The translations under genes were made by a program, and so were the position numbers. A stretch of 63,949 bases of DNA, counting the filler, from Trypethelium eluteriae (lineage: Eukaryota), in assembly GCA_051942245.1 (NCBI GenBank). It is 3 parts of 3 records of this genome, joined end to end, with 100 filler letters (N's around TTAATTAATTAA, not from the genome) between each part and the next. Parts side by side here need not be neighbours in the genome. Positions count along the whole stretch, not along the records: positions 1 to 22,429 come from JAVECL010000444.1; positions 22,530 to 44,892 come from JAVECL010000445.1; 1 more part is not named here. One strand, written 5' to 3'. Below, in pieces: positions 12,938 through 25,478 of the stretch. Below the pieces are notes generated by a model. The model did no database searches. It saw nothing but the letters and a program-made list of their open reading frames with translations, and had not been told where the DNA came from. Numbering within the stretch: the first letter of the stretch is position 1; every line of letters begins with the position of its first letter.

Positions 12938-14133
12938 GCAACATTAGTATGGGCCGTTGTGGGATACTCTACAGGCAATTCAGAGGCGGACGCAACATTA
13001 AGCAACCACAACGCCTTCCAGCACATTTAAAATAATAGATAGTTTCGCATAGGCCTCAATTAGTAGCAATCGCCCTAGAGCAGCTATGCAGCGTACGCCT
13101 ATAAATTCTATGCGCCCGCCCCGCGCTTTAGAAAATCAAGCCGTTCGTGCCCTGAACTGCTTCCACCCTCGCCTTGTAGCTACAGCGGCGTAGCGGTCAA
13201 CGTCAATTCCGCGGTCAATTTCGGTGAGTAGTCTTTGCGTTCAAAATCGTTGGCTAACTGAAGTGCAGAGCAGATATCCGAGGCCTCAGATCTGAGTGCA
13301 CTCATTCCAGCTCCCCATCAGTCGGTATGATGGCAGTTCTAGCCATCCACAAAGCGTGTGTTGAGCGCGTAAATGGCCAAGTCGAGTGGGGTAGGCGCCT
13401 TTGGGAGCTACGATAGCAGTGCCATGTTGAGGTGAACGAGGGCGACCATGGCTATTTCGGACCTCCCCTCGGACTGAAGCCCCCAGCACTGAAGCCCACA
13501 GCGGGCACAGCGAGATTTGAGCTGATATCAAACCCACCATCAGGCTTTTATGCGACTGTCAGCAAGACGCTGATCGTCAAGTTGCTTTCAGAGCTTAGTT
13601 CTCACATCGTCGAACATCCTAGTGCCTAGCTATCACCCCCAAGAACGCGGACCGAGATCTTTCAAAGCAAGGCTCTGCTGAAGGCCATAGTGGATCCTAC
13701 CAATACCGTCTTAGCCAAATCGTCTTGAGAAGCAGGCATTCTGGATCAGGAAACACCCGAATGTATCTCCACCGATGCTGTTGCCATTTATAGCACAAAT
13801 TTGCTCAAGGTAAACCAACCCTAACATGCACAATTCCGATTGCAGAGCCGAAAGGCAACGCGCAGTACCGAGCCGCGGCGACAGGCGCAAGCATTGCCCC
13901 ATCGGTAGGGACGTCTTTCCACGATCCACGATCTGGAATGAGAATGAGTTCTTTCCTCCTTCTTTGATTCAGGTGCTGAAACAACGTCAGAAACCGTGAC
14001 GGTATACCTCTGTATCGAAAAGGGGACCTACCATGCGATCCGCAACCAGAAGAAGACCCACTGGCCCGAGTCCCAAGCAGACCCAAGGAGCATACGCATA
14101 ATGTTGAGATGCATGGAATCCAAGGACTGAGAA

Positions 14134-16133
14134 TTACTCGAACCATAAGCGTTCACATTTGTCCTCGTCAAAGGCCTCACCTTGCATGATCCCATGAATG
14201 TAGCTTTCACCGACTACTCTCCAATGACCGCTCGCGGCGCGTCTCGCCACAACTGGCACTCGACCGCCCTGTAGTATTACAATGCTGTCACCTACCTTTG
14301 TCTCGCGTGGTCCAAGGCCAATATATCCATTCTTAGTAATCAAAAACCGTCGTCGCTTGGGAATTCCAGTCTGGGCAAAGAAAGATAGCAGCCGAGGCTC
14401 CCTGACGGTTGCGAGTGAAAGCGATATGATGGGTCCCAATGGAGCTTCTCGGCGAGACTGGGGACTCAGTAGCCGGTCTACAACTTCGAATAGATTTTTC
14501 GTGCTGGCATTGGTTTCTGGGTGGTCTATCGGTATCTCTGGGCCTCGGATCGTTTGCCAAAGCGCATTGAGAGAAGTCTGCTGCGTCGGCCCGTAGACTC
14601 CATCCGGACTGGCGTCTTCGCACATCTTTTTCGCTTTAATATAGAAGCGGGAAAAGCTGATCGCAGATCTCCAGGATGCGAGTAGGCTTGAAATGAAGGT
14701 CGGGTAAAAGGTGACGGCATTTGCCCAGTAAGCAATTCTCCCCGTGGCAGATGATTGCCAATCTGGTGACGGCGCTGTTTCCTTGACATCACTGATGTCT
14801 ACAAGGGTGTCGATTTGAAATCCATCAAGGCCTAGCAGATGATCTGTAAAGGAAGGTTTTGACTGTCTTTGGCCACCTGCACTCATCCCGTGAGGGTATC
14901 CTTTCCAGTTTTCGTAACCCCAACTGATCCCCAAAGATGTTCTGTTTTTGTTGAACTTATAGTCGACAGCCCACGATGGATAATGTGACTTAGTAGGCTC
15001 GGTCAATGTACAGCCTCGACAGACGGCAAGGGCCTGTAGGTTTCCAGTTCGCTCAAGGTAGGCTCTGGAAAACTGAGTGAATATATGCTCGAGGTCTGCC
15101 TGGCTGCGCGTGACATATCACAAGTCAGCAATCACTCCACCAACACGTATAGGTGAAATCCCGAATCTGGACTCGACGCCCAGGGGACTGGAGTAAGACG
15201 AACGGGGCAACATTGAAAGGATCGAATTTCATACTAATCAACGTCGATCAAATTTTCCTCAGGCGGCATAATTTCCAGACCCATGAGCCCATAGATCTTA
15301 TCTCTCGGATCTGTAGCGTTCAATTGCCAAGCCATCATCATGCGGTCGAATATATCATAGGACAAATTTTGCGGCCATGTCCGGAAACGCTTGAACGTGC
15401 CTAGATCATGCTCAAAGTTCGTCCTCGACGTCTCATCTGCCTTGACGATGCGGTCCCAATCGATCTGAAACTTTCCACAAATTACGATTGCCTGAGGGCT
15501 CAAAGTGAGCTCCTGTACAACCCAAACTCTTGTAAACCACGGCCGTGAAAAGAACGAGGTCATGGTCGCTGCGGACATTAGAGTTTCTACCTGGCCACTC
15601 AAGGGAACGTATCGCAGGAGACCTTGAGACCTGTCGCCTCGTCGGACCTTCTTCCAGTCGTAGTAGTTGAATTGCTCTCCGTTACGGGACCTGGAAGCCA
15701 TGAACTCGATGCCTTCAAGCGCAGATTCTGTCAGAACATCATGCTCTCCAAGCCAGATGACGACACGTCGACAGAAGCTGTAGATGTCTCTCATGAGCGG
15801 GATTTGGGTATTCTTCTCGAGAAGGTTCTTTTGGTCAATACAGATTGCGTCTATCCACATCGTTCGCGGTCCCTCCGAATCTGAACCTCGCAGACGCAAG
15901 AGAGCTGCGTGCAGATTAGGTGTGATGGAGAAGCTGAAGCCATCCACTGTAATCACTTTCAAGGCGCTCGGCGTCCCCCAGAAATACGACAGAGCTTCGT
16001 AGCTCCCATGTGTCGAAGTCGGGAGAGACTGGGTCCGAAGGTTGCATTTGATGAGACCCGAACCAGGGAGGATGTCCAATAATCGGATTTGCCGTTTTGC
16101 ATTGTCAAGAGGTTGATATCTATATTCTAACAT
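14134..16133 (-). CDS. Heterokaryon incompatibility HET-domain protein, HET-6-like; intron 15104-15234
   Basis: HET domain motifs YEALSYFWG, WIDAICIDQ, MRDIYS and WFTRVWVVQE; ATDPRDKIYGLMGL. The intron restores VDY-QADLEH..YPSWAVD. HET-6-type C-terminus GYIGLGP..GDSIVILQGG..VGESYIHGIMQGE. Confidence 0.92.
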
Positions 16134-16653
16134 TCCTAGGAGAGAAGAAGGATCCGTGAGCCAATATTAAATGACAGAAGTTGAAGTAAGATTCAAAGAA
16201 GCACTAGAGCAACATGTAGGCAATATAGAAGAGCGAGATGAAGCTACAAGACGCGACCCCCGCGGAAGGAAAAGGCCAAAATGAATGATCCCGACCACAA
16301 GGTTTACACATGTCAAGAAGGCGTAGCGGAGACTTTGGTCACACGATCTATGTCGTGATTCGGGCGTGACTAGCTACTCAACAGAACTCGCGTCCTGGTG
16401 TACCTCGCTTCCTTAATCGCGTAGAAGAAACGGGATGTGCAGGAGTAAACGGCTGGTCTACTTAAACTATGCCAGCGATGGGTAAGCTTGACGCTCATGA
16501 ACGAGCGACTGGCTGGATTCTGGTGTTGGATGAATCATATAGGATTTATTGTATATTGTTCAAACCCTCTGACTAGTCACCTGAAATGGATCATCGAAGC
16601 GCGTTGTAGTATATAACCTGTGAATATAATACAGCCACACAAATGCTCGGCGC

Positions 16654-17873
16654 TCACTTCCAAAGCTTCGACAAGCTCATCTGTTTGTCGTCGTGCTTGT
16701 TCAGCACCTTTGCTGTAGCTAGGTCGAAGTCCTCTTGTGTGACATGTACCCTTCGCTCTCGAAGAGCGTACATGCCGGCCTCCGTGCACACGCCTTTCAA
16801 CTCAGCCCCTGAACAACCATTCATCTTCTCAGCAATCTTCATCAAATTGATCCCTCTAGTAAGATTCATGCTCCGGCTATGAATCCGTAGAATATCCGCT
16901 CTCGCCTCCACAGTAGGAGGCGGGAACTCAATCTTCCTGTCTATCCTTCCTGGCCGCAATAATGCCGGATCCAGGATATCCAGCCGATTCGTCGCCATGA
17001 TAACCTTAATGTTCTTCGTCGGCTCAAACCCGTCAAGCTGATTCAAGAGTTCCAACATTGTGCGCTGGACTTCGGAATCACCACCGCTACTTCCCTCCAC
17101 CCGGCTCGACCCAATACTGTCGATCTCGTCCATGAAGATAATGCTGGGCGCATGTTCCCGCGCCATGACGAACAATTCGCGCACCATACGGCTGCCCTCA
17201 CCGATGTACTTCTGCACTAACTCGCTGCCACTAACACGAATGAATTTGCAGGCTGTGTGATGGGCAACGGCGCGAGCGAGTAGGGTTTTGCCCGTTCCTG
17301 GAGGACCATATAGCAGCACTCCCTTGGGTTGGGCGATGCCAAGCGATTCGAAGAGTTCTGGATGTTTGAGGCCGAGCTCGATGACTTCTTTGATTTCTTT
17401 GATCTGCTGGTCGAGACCACCGATCATGTCGTAGGTGCTATCCGGGACCTTTTCGACCATCATGAGAGAGACGAGAGGATCGACGGAGCTAGGAAGCATC
17501 TTCTCGAGCTTGTAGGAGTCGCTGAGGAGGGTGACGCGCTTGCCGACGGTAAGTTTAGAGATGTCGACATTGTCGGAGACATCGACGACTGGATTGGTCG
17601 TCAGGATGCTATTCTGACAGCTTTCTTTCGATACATACCGTATTTCCCTTCTGGATGTACTTTGACCAAGACTTTCTTTGTGCTCATAACCTTGACGACT
17701 TCTCCAACGTAAGAACCCGGCTGTTGCAGTAGACCGAGCTCCTCCCGTAATAATCGCACTCTCGAGTTGTAGTCATTTCGCTGTGCTTCTAACCTGCGAA
17801 GTACTGCTTGACCCTGGATTATCTCGAGCTTCATGCTCTCGATCTTGTTTCGAAAGAAAGTATCAAGCGCCAT
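16654..17873 (-). CDS. RPT6: 26S proteasome AAA-ATPase regulatory subunit 8; intron 17589-17638
   Basis: GPPGTGKT Walker A, MDEID Walker [25 protein letters not shown]. Confidence 0.97.
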
Positions 17874-18426
17874 GACAGGCGATGAAAAGGCGATGCAGAG
17901 GTAACCGGATGCACAGGGTGGCGGCAGAAACGAGTAGGTTCAACGGCTCAAAGCGGACAACCTTGGATGAGAACGAGTCTATTTCGGCACAAACTATCCC
18001 TGAATAGCTGTTGTAGTGCGAGGGTGGAATGGAGTTGATCTTGTGTTCAGCTTAATTAGGTGACGCGAATGTGAAGGCGGTCGAAGCTTAGACTGGGCGG
18101 CGGAAATTGTACGGATGCGGATGCACGTAAGTGGACTCGTTGCTAGGATCTATCTATCTGCACATAACAAACATCCAGCTGACCTTGAAATTTCCTCGAC
18201 ACCGCTCTGCATCGGCTGCTCAATATTGCGGAACGCTAAAACATGTGGTCTCTTTCAGCTGCCAACACAATCTTGGCTTTTCACACTATCGCTCCTGCGC
18301 AGGCCTGATCATCCGCCCTTGTTTGCTCGGCGGAGCAACCCCACCACGTTGCCTTTGGATTCGAGTGTCCTTTTGTAAAACCAGTTGACTCCGACCTTCG
18401 CCCAGTGTGAAGGCTCTCGGGTTACC

Positions 18427-21400
18427 ATGGCGGACGAGGACAGACCTAGGCCCAGTTCTCGTGATTACGACGAGGTTCAAAGAACTACTGGATCTTCGAC
18501 ACCCTCCGCATTATATAACAGCCAACTGTCTGAAGGACCGCGGAGAAGACCTCAACCAATACAGACAATTTCAAGCACATATGGTCTGATATGTCCCAAA
18601 AAATCGTCGAGGTTGTCGATTAACTTTATCTATTAGGCTCGTTCACAGGTTCCATTACTGGACGTCATGTCGCCAGTTCGCCCGAGCCACAACCAAAAAC
18701 GGCAAAGAAGCCCAGCATGAGTAGGAGAGGCTCTCACGTACAAGGACCCCACCGTGGACAAGAGTTCTCCGTTGATGACGCCACCTCGGAAGTAGATGAA
18801 GACATGGCTCAGACTCGTCTTGCCCGGACCACCTCCAACCAATTACGAAGGCAACCCTCGACGATAAGGCGTCGAGGACCACAGGCGCCCCCTCTATCCA
18901 GAGTACAATCGAGTACTGACGACCTAAATCGAACCACTGGGGGTGGACCACCCGTAGGTCCTCAACCAGAAACTGGTGCTGCTCCGCCCTCCTCCAGTGA
19001 AGACACTGCTGCTGAGGGCGATGACGAAGATGCGGGTGGAGACGATGAAGACGATGGAGAGATAAGCGACGCAGAAAGCTTCACGCTAAAGGATAGACAG
19101 CAAGCCATCAACGAGACCCATCCGTTTGGTATTCGCATATGGAAGCCCGCGTTATATAAGAAAGACCGCTCCGTGCAGAAGAATGCTGAAGGAGACATAC
19201 ACTCCAGCCCAGGAGGATTTGTCAGCGGATGGCTCGTTCTTTTCAACTTTCTCTGGACCTTGTTGTTCGGCTGGTGGCTGGCTTTGATTGCAGCAATTGG
19301 AGGTTTGATCTGCTTCATTTTTGGCCTAGCTCCGGACTGCATTGCATATGGTCGGGTGTTACTCGGCTTATCCGTCTATATCATCTATCCTTTCGGTAAA
19401 TTCGTTAGGCTGAATAAGGATGAAGCCTATCTCGAGGAAGATGAGGGTGAGGGTCGAAGTATCAGTGAATACGAGCAATGGCAAAGCGGTGATATTGAAG
19501 AAGGGCGACTATTCTTCGGTCCACCTACCAATATAGATAGGAATCTGGTCGGTAGGAGGAGAGATAGTGTAGATTCTGCTGATGAAAGCGCCAGCCTCTT
19601 GGGTAGGACAGGCAGAAGCCGGGGTCTCGAGGAGACAACTAACAAACAGAGGAGAAGATTCTTTGGCCGCGGAAAATGGACAGTGGGCCGGGTAGTATTC
19701 TTCATCGTCTTCTACGGACTCCTGACTCCCTTCCTCTTCCTCGTTTCCGTCATATGCTGGCTCCTAGTATTTCCGATCCCCATGGGAAGAGTAACCCTAC
19801 TTTTGTTTCGGCATCTTCGGAAACATCCATTGGCCTTGTCTTTTCATTCAGATACTTCACAAGCCAGGGCTCCAGGCTCTCCATCATCTACTATCCTGCT
19901 CTGCACGTACCGAGCCGTAGGTATGAGATACTGGAAGTACACCATTGATGGTACCAACATCTTCCTCATCAACCTCCTCGGTATCGTTGCATTTGTTATC
20001 TTTGACTACTACGTCCTCGATGAAGCCCTGGGCCTCAAGATCGGTATCACAAACCCTGGCTTCGTCTTCGTTCTCGCCCTCTTTTCGATCATTCCTCTAG
20101 CGTACTTCATTGGCCAAGCTGTGGCATCCATCTCTGCGCAATCGTCAATGGGTGTAGGCGCAACCATCAATGCTTTCTTCTCCACTGTTGTTGAAGTTTT
20201 CCTCTATTGCATCGCACTCAAAGAAGGGAAAGCACAATTAGTGGAAGGGAGCATCATTGGCAGCATTTTCGCTGGTATTCTGTTCCTACCCGGTCTTTCC
20301 ATGTGCTTCGGCGCATTAAAGCGCAAGACGCAGCGGTTCAACGTCAAATCTGCAGGTGTCACCTCAACCATGCTCCTTTTCGCGATTATAGGGTCATTCA
20401 GCCCGACCCTATTTTATCAGATATATGGAAGCGTAAGTCCAATTTGGACAGCATACGATCTCCTCCACTAACAAGAATTGCAGCACGAATTGAATTGCCA
20501 CCAATGCATCGAGGTGGATCTTGTTGGTGCTGACCGTGACTGTCGGCGGTGTTACTTTTCCCAGACCCCGGCTATTCATGACCGATTTTATATTGAAGCC
20601 ATACGTCCGTATATCTGGTTCGCCGCAGTCTGCCTTTTCCTCTCTTACGTCTTTGGCCTACTGTTCACTCTTCGGACACATGCGGCAGTCATCTGGTCAA
20701 ATGAACTCGACGAGAAGAAAGTCGAGAGACTGGAGAATTCTGCTGTTCATATGTCAGCAAGTGGACATTCCGACCCACATAGTGTTCTCACAAGACAACA
20801 ATCGGCCGGGCTCGTTAATTCAGCGTCTCGGAAAGATATTCGTGATTCGGAACTCTACAAACGGATCCTAGGGCAATCATTGAAGCAGGTCGGCCTCGGG
20901 TCAGAAATCGGCAACGGTTCAATTGATAAACGCTCCCCTGCTCGTAGCGGCGACGCGGCTATACCGCATTTGGTCCCACCCCGTAATCATGCCGGTGGAG
21001 ATGTCAGTGGTCATGATCGGAGTCAGACGAGCTTCCCAATTCCCGGACTCTCAGAGGACGACAACCACCATTTGGTTCGTCAAGTGGCAGAAATGGCAGC
21101 GACCGCCGCAGCAGTCGCCACGCGAGACGCAACCAGGGCACCGCGCAAAGCGTCTCAAATGGCATCTACTGAAGCCACGAAGGATCACAGCCACTCGTCT
21201 CATCAACAGAGGCATCCGACATTCCCAGACGATCCAGCCGAGTCAGTGACTGCAGATACAGGTCACGGAGAGGCTGGGGGTCATGATGCGCCAAACTGGA
21301 GCAGAACTAAGAGTGCTGTCATTCTGCTGACAGCTACCATAGCTTACGCAATCATTGCCGAAATCCTAGTCAATACTGTCGACACTGTCTTAGACAATGT

Positions 21401-21994
21401 CGATATTGATGAGAAGTTCCTCGGTATCACATTATTCGCGCTTGTCCCTAATACGACCGAATTTCTCGTACGTGCCACGAATTCCTGCTAGTCTCTACCT
21501 GCTAATAATTCCTTAGAACGCAATCTCATTTGCCATGAATGGTAACATCGCCCTTTCTATGGAGATCGGATCTGCATATGCTCTGCAGGTCTGCTTACTC
21601 CAAGTTCCTTGCCTTGTTCTCTTCAGCGCTGTATACGGTGGCTTCATCAATCCCGACGACATCATCGACCATACCTTCAGTAAGCGGCCTTCTATACACA
21701 CCTGTCGTTGGACTAGACTGACCTTTTCTTCCAGCACTCCTCTTTCCTCAATGGGACATGGTGACCGTCACCCTTTGCGTTATCCTGCTCACCTACATGT
21801 ACGGTGAGGGCAAGAGTAATTACTTCAAGGGTAGTATCCTCATTCTGAGTTACCTTGTCGTCGTCCTTGGTTTCTACTTCAGTTCCTTCAATAACATAGA
21901 GGTCATGGGTGTCGATCGTTTCGACACTCTGGCGACGGGTCGCTCTGAGACTTTCAAGACCATAGGGCAATCAACTCGGGGAAGAGGGTACTGA
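18427..21994 (+). CDS. VNX1: Vacuolar cation/H+ exchanger, CAX family Vnx1-type; introns 18584-18636, 20433-20483, 21468-21516, 21680-21734
   Basis: TLKDRQQAINETHPFGIRIWKPALYKK, YWKYTIDGTNIF, FALVPNTTEFLNAISFA and EGKSNYFKGSIL; all four introns are phase-consistent. Confidence 0.9.
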
Positions 21995-22429
21995 TGTGTG
22001 TCATGGGCCGACCGCGGCGAGGAGATAGATTAGATGGAGAGATTTTCTTCAGATTATTTAGATTGGGTCTGGATTCATCTGTAGATTCAGCAAGGCGCTG
22101 TGGGTGTGCTTGGACATGGGTTTGTCTTAGAGCACGTACTCTGCAGGTCGCAGTGAAATACAAGATGCTGATTTACATGTTCTGTGAAGGCCTTTCGACG
22201 AGAACACCTGCCGTTTACCATCCCCGGCTTGGTGTAGCTTCAAGTTGAGGCATGAAATCTCATCTGATCGACGCTAGCATAAACCTCGAGCTATTCTACC
22301 CATCGAAACTTGCAAAGCCACGAAGACCCCAAATACCCGAATCTATGTGGGGGGCCCCCTCTCTCAACTCCATACCCACTTGCAACCTCCACCCACCATC
22401 TCAATCATCCATCCTTGATCCTCCTACCC

Positions 22430-22529
22430 NNNNNNNNNNNNNNNNNNNNNNNNNNNNNNNNNNNNNNNNNNNNTTAATTAATTAANNNNNNNNNNNNNNN
22501 NNNNNNNNNNNNNNNNNNNNNNNNNNNNN
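22430..22529. other. Artificial assembly spacer (N44-TTAATTAATTAA-N44, stops in all six frames)
   Basis: Seen directly; an identical 100-bp spacer occurs at 44893-44992. Confidence 0.97.
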
Positions 22530-23896
22530 GGTTTGGGGTTTGGCTGTTTGGTTGTGTCAAATTGTTCTTAAGATGGCTTCGAGTCGAGTGCGGCGTTCAA
22601 CATGTTGTTTTTGGGAAAAAAGCTAAGGATGAAAATTGATTTAGCGCGGTGCAAGCCTGAAGGATCAACCCTTACAAATTGTCAGCTTGGTTAGACTTTG
22701 CATTCGGATCTCGATCTTGTTTTGTGCCGGTATTGTGACGGTTCTGTAATAGTTTCTGTCGATTGGGCATGTCTTTGCCAAAGCATTGAGAGTGAGTATG
22801 ATACGCACGTAGAGCTTTATTGACAGATTTTGCTTTCCATCTAAATGGCTCCATCATCTGACTGCATTAGCCGTTTAGTCAGGACGATGTCGACGGTGTT
22901 ATCTTTACTCAATGGCAAATTTGTTAGCACGATCTCGTAGATGAGTAATGCGCCAGTCACTTAATCACTGGGACACGATCTCAAGTACGTTCGTAGCTGT
23001 AGATCCTTAAAGAGAATGATTATTGTTACTCGGACTTGTCCTTAAGTTACAAAATGTATAAAAGAAGGTAGATATAGAGTATCAAGACTGGAGACGTCCA
23101 TTTTGAATACTGAACGATTGCTTCTGACTGACAGAGGAAAGGGAAGAAAAGGCAGGACCGATTTTCTTCAGAGAAGTTGTGGACACTGGCGGAATAGACG
23201 TAGTCTCTTCCATCGAACCATTCTGCAAGGACTGGTTTGAGAAGGAATTACGAGAGTGAGAGATTTGACGGGCGGAGTATCTAATAGGAATAAATTAATA
23301 ATGAAAGACTGTAGCATCTCATACCATGTACGTGTTCGTTTGCATCCGACCAGCGGATTAATGAAACATTGCACGAGAAGGAGTGGCCCAATGATCGATT
23401 TCATACCGGCCTAGTGAGCGTGGGGTCATGGCAGACCGTTTCATTAAGGACGGGCCGTATCTCGGGCCAGATGCAGCGTAAAGACTGTGCGCAGTAGTCT
23501 CGTGGGTTGGTTTAAAGGAGCGTTACCATGTTCTCTTTCATTCAGCCGGTGCCATTCCTGGAAGATGTATTGCTGAAAAGACTGTAAAATATCTGTGGAA
23601 TGAGGGAGTAATGGAGTATTACATATCATCTTGAAAGAGGTATGCGTTCGTCCTAGAGAATATGTGGTGCCTTAATTGTTGATTGGTCTGCAACAAATTC
23701 TTCCAACCAAAGCCCCTGAAGCTGTGTCCATTAGATACTTGTGAAAAGCGAGGAATACCTGTGGTATTGACTTCTTTTTGACCAGAATCATATCTCCGGA
23801 CTGGTCCATCGAAGAGACTGTGAGAATATTTTTTTGTTCTATCCGTGAGAAAATCCAAAGAGAGTGAGGAAGATACGAGTAAATCTCGAAAGCTTC

Positions 23897-25478
23897 CTAC
23901 GCTTTCGCTTTCGCCTTTCGGGAACGAGATCGATATCGACTTCGCGATCGGTCCCTACGTTCCTGGTCGTATCGACTTTGCCTACGACGTCCGGCACGCT
24001 CGGGAGAGTCTGAACGACCAGAGCTGCCCGACCAATTTGGCGGCGAATTTCTCTCCCATGCTTCGATTCTAGAAACCGAGCCTCGTCGATGTCTGTCATA
24101 ATCATATCTCGCACTGTTGGCAGCTGCAAAGCCAGTCTGGGTTGCAACTCGTCGCTGTTCTTCTCGACTGTCATTTTTGTGAGATAATTGATTACATTTA
24201 ATCAGGATAGTGGAGGCTTACCCAAAGTAGTTCGGATCAATCGTCCGTACGGTATCCATACCTGCAGGGGCCCGCTGCATTTGGCCTGATTGAACTATTT
24301 GATGTGAGCAATATCCAACAAGTTTTTCCCATGATGGTCTTACATTGCTGTTCACGACCACGCACAGGAAGATGGTCAGGGGGCGGCTGGGGACGGTCTC
24401 TTCTCGAATACCGCATCGACGCCTCACGGGCTTCCTCGTCCTGAGCGTCTCTTCCCCTATTCGCTTCTTGTTCAGTCATGCCTGGAGGCCTCGACTGATC
24501 CAAACGCTGTCTTAGCCTCGGGTTGGGAGGTCTCCCTGCATTTCCAGACTCCTGGCGGGCATTTGGACGCGGACTATGTCGAAGGGGATTGACCCTATCG
24601 TTACTTCCGGGACCAAAATTAGGTCCCAACGCTGGGTCCATTTCTGGTCTTCGTCTGGCCATACGTAGCCCTATCTGGCCAGGTTGCTGTCTGGCATCCA
24701 TCATACCCACAGCCACCGGTCTTGACAGACCCGGTCGTGTATCCCTCTCTACAAAGTAGTCATCGTTTGCCCATCGGCCGGGGCGGCCGTTGTATGTATC
24801 ATCCCGACCCTGTCTTTCGCCTCTGGGTCGCATTGGGCGTGGCATCGGTGGCATTGTTGGAGGCTGTGGCTCGCCCTCATAAAGTCCAACGGATGGTCTT
24901 CGAGACCTTGACTGTGAAACTCTAGGCAGCGGTTCTGGAGACGGTGCTCGTGATCGTCCACGACTACGGCTTCGCTCTCTAGATGGTGAACGTGAGGGCT
25001 GCCTCGACCTTGAAGGCTGTCTCGACCTTGAGGGCTGCCTTGACCTTGAGGGTTGCCTTTGGGAGCCACCACCGGGTGGTCTGTAAGAAACGGGAGGATA
25101 TTTCTTTTTATTTGGATCGTTGCCACGCTTCTTCAAGGATCGTCGCGATGGACTTGACCCACCATGGTGTTGCTTATACCATTGATCCCAAGTGCCCTTT
25201 TGTGCAGCCTCCCATTCGTCCCACGATTCTGCAACCCTTAGATAGGGTGGAGGATCAGGGAGGTGCGATTCATAGAGAATATATTTCGTCCCATTGACCA
25301 CAGTGTTGTTTGCTTGGCTGAGCGGTTCAGGTGGTGGATAGGCGCTCGGATCAATGGGGAAAGTATCGTTTGAAGTTATCTGCCGCTTTTCAAAACGGCG
25401 GAAATGTGCTGGATGAGCATCGGTAACGGCAGCGGCTCCAACAAAGGCGAATATGACAATAGCGGAATTCGATCTCAT
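23897..25478 (-). CDS. Secreted, Kex2-processed Arg/Ser/Pro-rich protein (putative effector); introns 24295-24343 and 24168-24221
   Basis: Signal peptide MRSNSAIVIFAFVGAAAVTDA; dibasic sites FEKR and LKKR; RQPSRS repeats. Two GTAAG..CTCAC..AG introns give a C-terminus ending RDRSRSRYRSRSRKAKAKA*. Confidence 0.75.
24995..25068 (-). repeat. Coding 18-bp tandem repeat x4 (RQPSRS)
   Basis: Units resembling gagggctgcctcgacctt, repeated with mostly synonymous changes. Confidence 0.85.

Noticed and set aside
15104..15234. Stwintron or micro-exon inside the 131-nt HET intron (internal CTTAC..CAG)
   Set aside because: Removing the inner part does not rebuild a donor, and no good phase-compatible second donor exists.
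22474..22485. TTAATTAATTAA palindrome as a biological element
   Set aside because: It is flanked by N44 on both sides and repeated identically at 44937-44948, so it is an artificial six-frame stop linker.
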